A DNA stretch of 64,000 nt from Chiloscyllium plagiosum (GCF_004010195.1 NC_057749.1:13944974-14008973); one strand, 5' to 3'. Shown: positions 52,030 to 64,000, counted from the stretch's first letter. The notes: generated by a model from the letters alone, not told the origin. Made by a program: numbers and translations.

Positions 52030-54701
52030 CAAAGGAAGCACATGGTGAGGACAGTGCAGGAGAGAAACTGCACAATTACTGCCTTTACTGTTTTGAATTC
52101 ATGTATCACTGGATATCAGAGTGCATCTGGGAAAATTAACAAACAGTGAAATTCACAACTAATCTTGGAGGAACCTGTTTGGATGAAGTTCACAGCACAG
52201 AATCAAATAAGTTAATCGTTGTTTTAAGTGTGTCCAATAGAAAGGCTGCAGTAGTGAATAGAGTGGGTTCTTTCTTGATTATATGTTTTTGGAGATATGT
52301 CACTTGATTAAACTTAAAATATAAGCCATAACTATTAATTTAACCTGGGACAGTGTTTTGTAGAGGAATAAGACATTGTTATTTTCTGGGTCTGTAGATT
52401 GTGAAGGAGCAAAAATGGCCTTTAGTAGAGTGATATATACTTCTTGTCAGATGTGGGAGTTTAAAGGGAGTATAAGGGTTACTGCGGATTATATCTGTCA
52501 TAAATCATGTTGGATGCAAATCCTATCAGATCAAATGGATCGGTTGGAGAGACAGTTAGAAGCGATGAGGAATTTGCAACAGCAACAATATGTGATGGAT
52601 GGCAGTTATAGGAAAGGGGGGGAAGTCTCAGGTAGTCACATAGACGGGTTAACTCCAGGAAGGGTAAGAGGGGTAGGCACCTAGTGCAGGAGTCTTTTGT
52701 GGACATACTCATTTCAAACAGGTATGCTGTTTTGGAAAATGTAGGGGGTGATGGATTCTCAGGGGAACATAGCGAGAACAGCCAAGTTTCTGGTATTGAG
52801 ACTGGCTCTAATGCAACGAGGGGTACATCGGCTTCCAAGACACCAATTGTGTTAGGGGATTCTGTAGTCCAAGGTACAGACAGACATTTCTGTGGCCAGC
52901 AGTGAAAAAGCAGAATGGTGTGTTGCTTCCCTGGTGTCAGGATCAAGAATATCTAAGAGAGGTGCAGAATGTTCTCACGGGGGGAAGAGGGGCCAGCAAG
53001 AGGTCATTGTCCACATTGGAACCAACGACATTGGAAGGGAAAAGGTTGAGATTCTGAAGGGAGATTACAGAGAGTTAGGCAGAAATTTAAAAAGGAGGTC
53101 CTCGAGCGTAGTAATATCTGCATTACTCCCAGTGCTACGAGCTAGTGAGTGCAGGAAGAGGAGGATAGAGCAGATGAATGCATGGCTGAGGAGCTAGTGT
53201 ATGGGAGAAGGATTAACATTTTTGGATCATTGGAATCTCTTTTGGGGTAGAAGTGACCTGTACAAGGACGGACGGATTGCACCTAAGTTGGAAGGGGACT
53301 AATACACTGGCAGGGAAATTTTCCAGAGCTGCTCGGGAGGATTTAAACTAGTAAGGTGAGGGGGTGGGACCCAGGGAGATAGTGAGGAAAGAGATCAAAT
53401 TGAGACGGGTACAGTTGAGAACGGAAGTGAGTCAAACAGTCAGGGAAGGCAGGGACAAGATAGAACTAATAAATTAAACTGCATTTATTTCAATGCAAGG
53501 GTACTAACAGGGAAGGCAAATGAACTCAGGACTGGGATATCATAGCAATTACAGAAACATGGCTCAAGGATGAGCAGGACTGGCAGCTTAATGTTCCAGG
53601 ATACAAATGCTACAGGAAGGATAGAAAGGGAGGCAAGAGAGGAGGGGAAGTGGCATTTTTGATAAGGGATAGCATTATAGCTGTGCTGAGGGAGGATATT
53701 CCNNNNNNNNNNNNNNNNNNNNNNNNNNNNNNNNNNNNNNNNNNNNNNNNNNNNNNNNNNNNNNNNNNNNNNNNNNNNNNNNNNNNNNNNNNNNNNNNNN
53801 NNNNNNNNNNNNNNNNNNNNNNNNNNNNNNNNNNNNNNNNNNNNNNNNNNNNNNNNNNNNNNNNNNNNNNNNNNNNNNNNNNNNNNNNNNNNNNNNNNNN
53901 NNNNNNNNNNNNNNNNNNNNNNNNNNNNNNNNNNNNNNNNNNNNNNNNNNNNNNNNNNNNNNNNNNNNNNNNNNNNNNNNNNNNNNNNNNNNNNNNNNNN
54001 NNNNNNNNNNNNNNNNNNNNNNNNNNNNNNNNNNNNNNNNNNNNNNNNNNNNNNNNNNNNNNNNNNNNNNNNNNNNNNNNNNNNNNNNNNNNNNNNNNNN
54101 NNNNNNNNNNNNNNNNNNNNNNNNNNNNNNNNNNNNNNNNNNNNNNNNNNNNNNNNNNNNNNNNNNNNNNNNNNNNNNNNNNNNNNNNNNNNNNNNNNNN
54201 NNNNNNNNNNNNNNNNNNNNNNNNNNNNNNNNNNNNNNNNNNNNNNNNNNNNNNNNNNNNNNNNNNNNNNNNNNNNNNNNNNNNNNNNNNNNNNNNNNNN
54301 NNNNNNNNNNNNNNNNNNNNNNNNNNNNNNNNNNNNNNNNNNNNNNNNNNNNNNNNNNNNNNNNNNNNNNNNNNNNNNNNNNNNNNNNNNNNNNNNNNNN
54401 NNNNNNNNNNNNNNNNNNNNNNNNNNNNNNNNNNNNNNNNNNNNNNNNNNNNNNNNNNNNNNNNNNNNGACAAAAGGAACCTAGGGAGAGAATAGGGCCC
54501 CTCAAAGATCAGCAAGGTGGCCTTTGTGTGGAGCCACAGAAAATGGGGGAGATAATAAATGAGTATTTTGCATCAGTATTTACTGTGGAAAAGGATATGG
54601 AAGATATAGACTGTAAGGAAATAGATGGTGACATCTTGCAAAATGTCCATATTACAGAGGAGTAAGTGCTGGATGTCTTGAAACGGGTAAAGGTGGATAA
54701 A
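52030..54701 (+). mobile_element. 5' portion of a CR1 LINE: 5' UTR, disrupted ORF1 (zinc finger, coiled coil, SGNH esterase) and start of ORF2 (APE)
   Basis: ATG 52415 MAFSRVIYTSCQMWE..YICHKSC; IVLGDSVVQ; HIGTND; DGLH; ORF2 CIYFNAR..DIIAITETWL; frameshifts and stops; gap 53703-54468. The 5' boundary is approximate. Confidence 0.85.
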
Positions 54702-54973
54702 TTATTACAGTCTCTGCTGGTTTTACCATCATCGCTCAGCTCTTCAGAAGGTTATAATGGGCAACAGTTTACTCTTTTGCAACAGAGTGAACACGAGGTT
54801 TTCTTAAACTTAATTTGATCACAATTACATTGTGAGTGATGAACAACCTCTAAGTTATACTGTACCGATGGTCGCAATCCCATGAAAGGAATCTCACATC
54901 AAAGTTTCATGTAAACAGGCAAAGGGGATTCTCTATATGCAAGCCAGACACAAAAGCACAAAGTCATGATAAA

Positions 54974-55149
54974 GCTGAAAATGTGTTGCTGGAAAAGCGC
55001 AGCAGGTCAGGCAGCATCCAAGGAACNNNNNNNNNNNNNNNNNNNNNNNNNNNNNNNNNNNNNNNNNNNNNNNNNNNNNNNNNNNNNNNNNNNNNCAGCA
55101 ACACATTTTCAGCTCTGATCTCCAGCATCTGCAGTCCTCACTTTCTCCT
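54974..55149. mobile_element. Family-A palindromic PLE insertion with an assembly gap at its centre
   Basis: Inverted arms either side of Ns 55027-55095; TSD CAAAGTCA(T/C)GATAAA at 54959-54973 and 55150-55164. Confidence 0.8.
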
Positions 55150-55674
55150 CAAAGTCACGATAAACCCTTATAAACACTGTTTCAGCATCAACTAGAATAT
55201 CCAATCCTGGGCACTGGACCTCCAGAGGACATGAAAACTTGAGAGAGAGTCTCAAAATAAATCTTATAAGAATGATTCCAGGGATGAGGGACATGGTCAG
55301 ATTGACAAAGCTGATGGCTCTTCTTAGAAAAAGAAAACTAAGGAGAGATTTCATTGAGCTGTTCAAAATCACTACACAGAGTAGATAGGGAGAAGCTGCT
55401 TCCATTGGGAGAAGAGACAATAATCAGGCGGGATTCATTTTGGGTGATCAGGTAAAGAAGGTCAATAAGATGGCCGGGGGGGAATATTGTTTTGCAGCCA
55501 ATGTTTAGGATCTCAATACTGTCTCCCACTGTCAGTATTCAGCACAGCAGTCTCTGCTGGTTCGACCATCATAGCCCTGAGAGGATGCCGGGAGCACACT
55601 CCGTCATGGCTTTCCAAAGGGCATTTCCTTTGCAATAGAACCTGGAGGATAAAATCTGAAGGGGAAATATTTAT

Positions 55675-56820
55675 AGGTCATAGAGATGTACAGCACGGAA
55701 ACAAACCCTTCCGTCCAACTCGTCCATGCCGACCAGACATCCCAACCCAATCTAGTCCCACCTGCCAGCACCCAGCCCATATCCCTCCAAACCCTTCCTA
55801 TTCATATACCCATCCAAATGCCTCTTAAATGTTGCAATTGTACCAGCCTCCACCACATCCTCTGGCAGCTCATTCCATACACATACTACCCTCTGCGTGA
55901 AAAAGTTGCCCCTTTGGTCTCTTTTATATCCTTCTCCTCTCACCCTTCACCCATGCCCTCTCGTTCTGGACTCCCCAACCCAGGGAAAAGACTTTGGCTA
56001 TTTATCCTATCCATGTCTCTCATAATTTTGTAAACCTCTATATGGTCACCCCTCAGCCTCCGACGCTCCAGGGAAAACAGCCCCAGCCTGTTCAGCCTCT
56101 CCCCTGGCAAATCCTCCAACCCTGGCAACATCCTTGTAATTCTTTTCTGAACCCTTTCAAGTTTCACAACATCTTTCCGATAGGAAGGAGACCAGAATTG
56201 CATACAATATTCCAACAGCGGCCTAACCAATGTCCTGTACAACCGCAACATGACCTCCCAAGTCCTGTACTCAATACTCTGACCAATAAAGGAAAGCATA
56301 CCAAACTCCTTCTTCACTATCCTATCTACCTGCGACTCCACTTTCAAGGAGCTACAAACCTGCAACACTCCCTAGGATCTTACCATTAAATGTATACGTC
56401 CTGCTAAGATTTGCTTTCCCAAAATGCAGCGCCTTGCATTTATCGGAATTAAACTCCATCTGCTACTTCACAGCCCATTGGCCCATCTGGTCCAGATCCT
56501 GTTGTAATCTGAGGTAACCTTCTTCGCTGTCTACTACACCTCCAATTTTGGTGTCATCTGCAAACTTACTAACTGTACCTCTTATGCTCGCATCCAAATC
56601 ATTTATGTAAATGACAAAAAGTAGAGGAACCAGCACCGATCCTTGTGGCACTCCACTGGTCACAGGCCTCCAGCCTGAAAAACAAACCTCCCACACCATC
56701 CTCTTTCTTCGACCTTTGAGACAGTTCTGTATCCAAATGGCTAGTTCTCCCTTTATTCCACGAGATCTAACCTTGCGAATCAGTCTCCCTTGGGGAACCT
56801 TGTCGAACCCTTACTGAAGT
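55675..56820 (-). mobile_element. CR1/HER1 LINE RT region
   Basis: ORF 56463..56699(-) [21 protein letters not shown]; ORF 55940..56368. Confidence 0.92.
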
Positions 56821-57639
56821 CTGGGTGGAGAGTGGCTGAATCACTCAGACAGAGAGCCAACATGGACATGAAAGGCTGAATGGCCTCCAGTGCTGATATG
56901 AAGTTAAGACTGCTTTGGCATGGGGTATCAGGAAGTGTTTCACTGATTTTAAATGATCAAAGCAAAACTGGGCATTCCAGGGTGGAGATTGCAATAACTC
57001 TAGGAATCTTTAAGAGACTGTTGGCAAGGGCACTAAACTCAATGTTGGCAAGAAGCCAGATGTCACTTGTGTGTTATACACTCAGATGCCAAGTCAACTT
57101 TAAAACTGAGGAGATGAGCTGGGTTGCAACACGTGATCTTAATTTGTCTCAAAATACTGACGAATGTTGTGGTTCCCTGTGTGTCCCTACCTCTGAATCA
57201 TAAGGTCTCAGTTCTGGAAATTAGTCACAACAGGTCCAAGCAAGTCGGTTTCAAAGTGTCCCTGCCTGGGTTCCAAATCCCATCTGCTCCAGAAATGTAT
57301 CATCTGAGTAAGGTTTTAAAATACACGGTTGCAGGAATTCAGATGGCTAAGAAAATAAACCACTTTGGAACTATGAATCCAGCCTTCATTGCAGCAGCCT
57401 ATACAGTACATCACCAACTTACAACTCCAGAATTGTCTCTACCCGAGCTCCATTTATCTTCGAGAACCCTCCCTCTGTGCTGCAGGAAGCAATGATCTCG
57501 GTAATGATTCTCAGCTCCGTTCACAGCTGTTTTCACCTCACCTCCTCTTAGACACTTGCCTTATATACCAAAATAAATTTGTTACAGCATATATTTTGCA
57601 TCCTGCACTCCAAGAATCTCGAAATAAATTGCTTCACGC

Positions 57640-57944
57640 TGTGCGTTGTCGGTTTCTGAACTCTCTGGAGTGTTACTGAAATACTTCACGTGCTAATTGC
57701 GGTTACCTCTGACATCACTTGAGTGAACAAAAACCCTCTTCCTTGTTCTCTCTTCGGGTCGGTTGTTGCTAAGAAGAGCGTTCGAGCAGGGAAATCGAAT
57801 CTCGCTAGAGGTTGTAATTTTAGGACAAAATAAAAGAGGGAAAAAAATCTGAGCTGAAGATCTCATCATTGCAGCAGCACTGACCAGAGAGGGTCACATC
57901 AGCTTCATCAGAGAGTTTCATATTTCTTTTCGTTCGTGTTCTTA
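57640..57944 (+). promoter_or_regulatory. Probable PSTPIP1 promoter and 5' UTR
   Basis: Local CpG enrichment, RUNX-like TGCGGT near 57698, TGACATCA near 57710, ETS core CTTCCT near 57738, directly upstream of the ATG. Confidence 0.45.
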
Positions 57945-57977
57945 ATGACTCGACTGCGCTTTAAGGACGCTTTCTGG
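57945..57977 (+). CDS. PSTPIP1: First coding exon of proline-serine-threonine phosphatase-interacting protein 1 (F-BAR)
   Basis: MTRLRFKDAFW|GTGAGT matches the PSTPIP1 N-terminus (..LQFKDAFW), phase-0 consensus donor, downstream of RCN2 as in other vertebrates. Confidence 0.85.
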
Positions 57978-60900
57978 GTGAGTAGCTTTCACGTTAAGTG
58001 AGGCTCTTTGTGTACAAGTTAACAAGGGACCAATTTTAGATCAGTTATTTTATTCCTTTAAATTTTGTTTCAGACAAAATCAAAACGTTCTAACTTGTAA
58101 CGTGAGGTAATTTGGGCGTGTTAACATCGGGATTGGGTGGACTCTCGTTCACGAGTTTAGTAATAGCCAATATTTAATATCTCTCAAAGGTTCAGTTCAC
58201 ACTTGCACCGTTAAACAAAGTATCATCATTTCTGTTTCACTGAATCACTTTTTTAATTTGCGTAACTAGTTTCTGAGATCACAACCTTGTATTGTTAATG
58301 TTGCAAACTGTTATTGGCACACTCTCTGGGTAATCAATAGCCAAGGTCAGTTGATTCCGAGTGAAACTGAACCCTTGGGTTAGTGAATTGTAAACTTCAC
58401 TCTGGCTCTCACTACGCGTTTAGAAATATCACTTGCTCACCTGTGCATCGAGTATAACTCTCTGCATGTGCCGACTGAGTCTCCTGGGAGCAGTTATGTC
58501 GTGTGACTCCAATTTGGGCACGTGGGTAATCAGAAGTGTTGGTCCTTTTGCATAAATGCAGCTCACTCCTCACCTCCCAGTATTGGTCAATGGTGACTGT
58601 GTGAGAGAGAATGCATGTAGTCACTAAATGGTGGGAGCCTTTTTTTTGTCTTTTAATCGCTCAAGAGAAATGTGGGTGTTTTGGTGGTTAGGCCAGCATG
58701 TATTACCCACCCCTACCTGCCCTGGAGAATGTAGTAGTAAAGAGCTGCCTTGAACCACTACTGTCCTTGGGATGTGGGGACGCTCATGGTGCAGTTAGGA
58801 AGAGAGTTCCAGGAATTCTGACCCAGTGACCGTGAAGGAGCAATGGTTATAGTTCTGAGTCAGATGGTGTGTGGCTTAGAGGTGAACTTGCTTTAAAGAT
58901 GAGATGCTGCTGAGCCACACATACAATTTAACCTCATGGAATGGTCAGTACAAGCCAAGGTTTTGAGGCTGCCAAGTGTGTGTGTAAAATATTGTTGCAT
59001 TCAACTGAGCAAAGCTTATTCCAGAGCCCTGACCTTTAACATCGAGGTGGACGAGGGCAGCAGATTCCAAGGGAACACCACCCCCTACAAGCTCCCCTCT
59101 AAGCTATCCACCTGGCTTGGAAATATATCACTGTTCCTTCACTGTCACTGGGCCAAAAACCTGGATCTCCCTTCCTGAGAGCACTAGGGGTGTCCTTGCA
59201 TCAAATGGACATTAGTGATTCAAGAAGGCAGTTCACCTTCACCTTCTCCAGGGCAATTAGAGATGGGCAATAAATGCTGGCCAGCAACACTCTTTCCAAG
59301 AGTGGATTTAAAATAAACACCCTCTTCATACTCTTTCTAAAAAAAAATAGAGGATGCTGATCAAACAAAAAAAAAATTGTGATCAAGATTAGCACTGATA
59401 TGAATTGGGTTCTGTTTTGCACTGATACTGACGGATGTTAAAATTGAACTGTAGAGAGAGACTTCTTTTTGTGTAAAGAGTTTCACTGTGCTGTGCTCCC
59501 ATGTCTGATCAGATTCTAATCCTGGATTCGGGCTATGTTTACACTAGAACCTTGCTGTACCAACACCACATTTTGGGTTCACTGGAACCATAAAAGGGTG
59601 AGGCAAATATTTAAAATCCACCTAAATATGCAGGGTTTTTTTTTAAGGACAAAGATGTGAACCATTTGGAACACTTATTCTGTAGTGTTTTTATTATTCA
59701 GATACTTCACTTGATCGCCTGTCAGCAGTCTGTTCACTGTGGTGTTAGGTTTATCAAGGAAATTGTCACAATGCCATCTTCTCCCTCAAGTTAATGTTGC
59801 TGGGCCTGGAATCCAGATGCTCAGAAGATGCCCTGGGGTTGGAGTTCAAATACCAGCACAGTAGCTGCTGGACATTTTAAAATCACTAAATATAGCTGGA
59901 TGTAAAGTTGATCACCAATAATGGGGACCTTGAAACTGTCATTGATCATTGTAAAGATCGAATGGGTTTACTCATGCCTTTGAGGGAAGGCAATTATCCT
60001 TACCTGGCTGCCCTAAATACAATTCCAGACCTGCAGCAATTTGGTTGACTTTTCACTGCCCTTTGGAATTACCCTAAATATCCGGTTGGCTCAAGGGAAA
60101 TTGGGGCCAAAAATGCCAGTAATATCCACTTTCAAACAGTTAAATTGTAGCAGAACCTCTCCACTTGTATATTCTATGCCTTACTAGTAAAGTATTCCAC
60201 ATGCATTTTTAACCATCGATCCACCTACCTTAAAGGATCTACGAGCACCTAACTACGTCTTCTACGCTTCACAGAATCCTTTTCTGATTGTCTATTTCTT
60301 GCTTTGTCTGCCTCCTTCCACAATTACCTCACCATTGATTTCCATTTCTTCTGCCCAATTGACTCCTATCGATAACGTCTTGCAGTATATTACTTTCCGT
60401 TTACTATCAACCAATGTGCCCAATTTTTTTTGTACCATCTATGAATGTTTTAACCATGTCACCTATGATTTAGCCCTTCCAAACTTGCATTGTCCTTCTA
60501 TGTGGTAAAAATCGCATGAGGCATGGGACCACCACAATTTGCAAGTTTCCTTTTAAAGACACGTAACATATTTTTTGACTTGGAACTCTATTACTGCACC
60601 TTCGCTGTCATTGGGCCAATATCTTGGAACACCTTTCTTAACAGCACCATAGATATACCTACAATCCATTTAGTACAGCTGTTCAAAAAGATGACTCCCC
60701 AAAACCTCCAGGAAATTAGGGATGGTTAATAAGTGCTGTCTGGTCAACGATGCACACATCTTGTGAATTAATTTAAAAAGGATCTTGATCATTTTGTGTA
60801 GCAAACCCAGTCCTGAGGCCTGCATAACCCAACTGGAAACAGCCTTCCTGTGACTAAAACACCTTTGCTTTCTGCTGCAGTGCCAACTTTCGAATCCAAC

Positions 60901-61403
60901 ATGTTGTTTTCCTTTCTTTCCATCATTTTTCCTTCTTTCCATCATTAGGTACCTTTTTCAAAAGCTTTCATAAAATTTATACTACATAAGATGCACAACC
61001 CCCATTGACTCTCTTTGTTACCACCATTTTTAAACAAAAAATTGGTAAAAGTCTTCAGACCCCACCTTTCTTTCTCAAATCCATGCTTGATTGATTTATG
61101 CTTTGTCTAAATGGCTATCAATACTGTCCCTCAGGACTTTTTCCAGTAGCATACCCAACGCTGAGATGAGATTGCTTGCTTGTAATTACTCAGTCTGTCC
61201 CTATTTTTTTAAACCATAGCCTTCCAAGACCCTCTCTATAGTTAGAGAGGATTAGAAAATGATGGTCAGAGTCTCAGCTATTTCTTCCGTTATTTCTCTT
61301 AATAGTTACCATCATCCTGGCCTTGGAAATTCAAAGATGCAAAACCCTTTAGTGTCTTCCATCATGTTTATCCCAACCAATATATACATTGACCTTTTTT
61401 TAA

Positions 61404-61530
61404 ATATGATTGGAGGTACCAGTGTTGGACTGGGGTGTACAAAATCAAAAATCATGCAACACCAGGTTATAGTCCAACAGGTTTATTTGAAAGCACTAAC
61501 TTTCGGAGCACTGCTCCTTCATCAAGTAGT
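61404..61530 (-). mobile_element. Family-B PLE pLTR, single arm, mutated core
   Basis: Minus strand ttgatgaaggagcagtgctccgaaagttag. Confidence 0.7.
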
Positions 61531-61985
61531 GTGTGAATTGTGCCACCACACTCCTTGCTTTATGAAGACAAGCACAAAAGGACAGCATTTTGTTCTCCTC
61601 CAGAACTAGACTGGGTGGTGGGGGCTTCATTAATCAGTCAGGATGAAGGTTCTATTGTATCCCTAAACCATGCCCCCTGCCGCCCTCCCCCTCTGATTTA
61701 GTGCAGGGTAGATGGGCTTAAAGTTCACCTTGTCTGGAAACCATTTGAGACCCTTAAGGACCTCATACCACCATTTCTGGTATTCCATCAGCAGTGGGCA
61801 GAGGGACAATACCATACAGGCAAACCAGTGAAGACCCCTAAACAGAAATCTACCCACATACAGGTACTCCCTGTCTGGTACCAATGACCCTACCCCTTCC
61901 TCTTGAGGTTCCATTGCTAATTCCTCTTCTCTCTGAACCTCCTCAAATACTGCTCCTTGAGGTTTCCAGAATTAGGGGGCATAGT

Positions 61986-62288
61986 ATTACATTACTTACA
62001 GTGTGGAAACAGGCCCTTTGACCCAACAAGTCCACACCGTCCTGCCGAAGAGCAACCCACCCAGACCCATTCCCCTACATTTACCCCTTAACCTAACACT
62101 ACGGGCAATTTAGCATGGCCAATTCACCTCGCCTGCACATTTTTTGAACTGTGGGAGGAAACCGGAGCACCCGGAGGAACCCACGCAGACACGGGGAGGA
62201 TGTGCAAACTCCACACAGTCAGTCACCTGAGGCAGGAATTGAACCCAGGTCTCTGGCGCTGTGAGGCAGCAGTGTTAACCACTGTGCC
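61986..62288 (-). mobile_element. HE1/V-SINE
   Basis: tRNA head, V-domain and tail on the minus strand. Confidence 0.88.
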
Positions 62289-62516
62289 AGATTGTTCAGG
62301 AGGGTTGTTAGGAAGCCCTTCTGCACACAGAGGGTGGTAGATGTTTGGAATTATTTGTCAAAGAGCAGTCGATGCTGTATCAGTGATAATTTTAAATTTG
62401 AGATTTTTTTTCTGTAAAGTAAAGGTATTAAGAGATATGGGCCAAAGGATATGAAGTTAGGCTACAGATCAGCCATGATCTAATTGACTGATGGAACAGG
62501 CTTGAAGGGCTGAATG

Positions 62517-62718
62517 TTGAAACTTTATTGCTGGAACAGCACAGCAGGTCAGGCAGCATCCAGGGAACAGGAGATTCGACGTTTCGGGCACAGGCCCTTC
62601 TTCAGGAAAGCCCGAAACGTCGAATCTCCTGTTCCCTGGATGCTGCCTGACCTGCTGTGCTGTTCCAGCAATAAAGTTTCAACTTTGATCTCCAGCATCT
62701 GCAGACCTCACTTTCTCT
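62517..62718. mobile_element. Young family-A palindromic PLE mini-insertion
   Basis: Perfect arms 62516-62589 and 62610-62683; tail of about 35 nt; 15-bp TSD TTGAAGGGCTGAATG at 62502-62516 and 62719-62733. Confidence 0.9.
62575..62608 (-). ncRNA. Minimal hammerhead ribozyme motif (family A)
   Basis: UUC CUGAAGA A GGGC CUGU GCCC GAA ACGU C GAA: intact core, GUC cleavage triplet, UUC/GAA stem I. Confidence 0.75.
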
Positions 62719-62749
62719 TTGAAGGGCTGAATGGCCTACTCCTGTTCCT

Positions 62750-62872
62750 AGGAGAAAGTGATGACTGAAGATGCTGGCAATCAGAGTTGAGAGTGTGGTG
62801 CTGGAAAAGTATGGCAGGTCAGGCAGCATCCGAGGGGCAGGAGAATCGATGTTTCAGGCATAAGCCCTTCAT
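62750..62872 (-). mobile_element. Older family-A pLTR fragment
   Basis: aggagaaagtgatgactg...gatgtttcaggcataagcccttcat. Confidence 0.7.
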
Positions 62873-64000
62873 AAAGGACATTCGTGGGAGATCTGCTAGC
62901 CCTGGTTGGCTAGAGATCTCAGGAATGGGGTATCCACTCACTCACTAAGGAGTTGGAAGCCCTGGTGGCAAGTTTCTGCTGCATGTTAGGCATTTGCTTC
63001 CATGGGGGTCCACTGGTTTTTGTGTCAGAGGTCAGGACCACTGCAGCCTCTATTACGTTCTTTCCAAAATATTTGTTAAGAACCATGCTCATGTTTTCGT
63101 CCCCTCAAATTACTATGTTTCCTTTCTCCAATAGGCACTATTCCCATAGTTATCTTATTGCATTTTTTCCTTTTTATAATTTCATCTCAGCTGTCTGCCC
63201 TTCACTGGAATTTCTGCAATCTTGAGTTCTCTGGACCTGACAGAAGCTCCCCTTTTATTGCCTTATTAACTTTGAATGAAATTCTGAAGTCTCTCTATCT
63301 ATCTTCTCGTTTTGAACTCTGTATCTTGTCCTTAAGTGCCTCCCACTGCAATGACACTGCAAGTACCTTCAAGTTACTCTTTTTCCAGTCTGCTTTTGCT
63401 AAATCATGTATCTACTTGATAAAATTGGCTTACACACAATTTAATTTTCTTTTGAATTGCTAGTCCATCTTATCCATTTCAACAGTAAATCATGACGATG
63501 AGAGCTGTTTAATCGACACATGCCATCTGCCCAACTTTGCATCCTAAAACAAGGCCAGAAAATGTTCTATCTCTTATTGGACTTGCAATATATGTGTTAG
63601 CTTAAAAGAAAATCACCTGAATGCATTTTAAGAATTCTGGCCTCTTATTTTTGTGTTAATTTTATCTGATTAGTATTAAGGGTAATTGAACCCCTTACTT
63701 TAAATCAATTTTTCCTTTCTTAAAACATGCCATTTATCAATTGCAGATTCCCACCTTTTATCGGATTAGATAAAAGGCTTGCATCTTTTGCACCCAGATC
63801 AAGAGATCCTCATGAAGGGATACAAAGGAAATTTGAGTTTTCAGCCTTAGGAAAGTGAGATTTCCTTTGTAAATAATATTAGTGAACCAAGATGTGTTTT
63901 TTTTTAAAAAGGCAGTTTGGTAATTTCATAATCCTCATTACTTTAACCTGTGTTTCTTACAAATCTATTAAGTGAATTTAAAATTGCAGGATTTTATGTC

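Noticed and set aside
53610-54515. Long ORFs of about 280-300 aa
   Set aside because: Artefacts of the N gap.

Overview
Eukaryotic, repeat-rich vertebrate DNA. The repeat content (HE1/V-SINEs, HER1/CR1-type LINEs) points to a cartilaginous fish, probably a shark. Genes: a complete reticulocalbin-2 gene (RCN2, + strand, 7 coding exons 17877-35068, 319 aa, signal peptide, six EF-hand loops, C-terminal HDEL); the first coding exon of PSTPIP1 (57945-57977); and a divergently oriented CpG-island first exon (8434-8667, - strand), most likely SCAPER by synteny (SCAPER-RCN2-PSTPIP1 in other vertebrates). The rest is mostly decayed or nested CR1/L2 LINEs, tRNA-SINEs, two solo LTRs and a Tc1/mariner-type MITE. 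The most striking non-genic signal is four sequence-distinct families of short Penelope-like-element (PLE) pseudo-LTRs. Each carries a minimal hammerhead-ribozyme core (CUGANGA-N-stem II-GAAA, with a palindromic ACGU/AGCU stem III). They are repeatedly inserted as ORF-less hairpin palindromes with 12-15 bp target-site duplications and a constant unpaired tail of about 34-36 nt. Two assembly gaps: 53703-54468 and 55027-55095.
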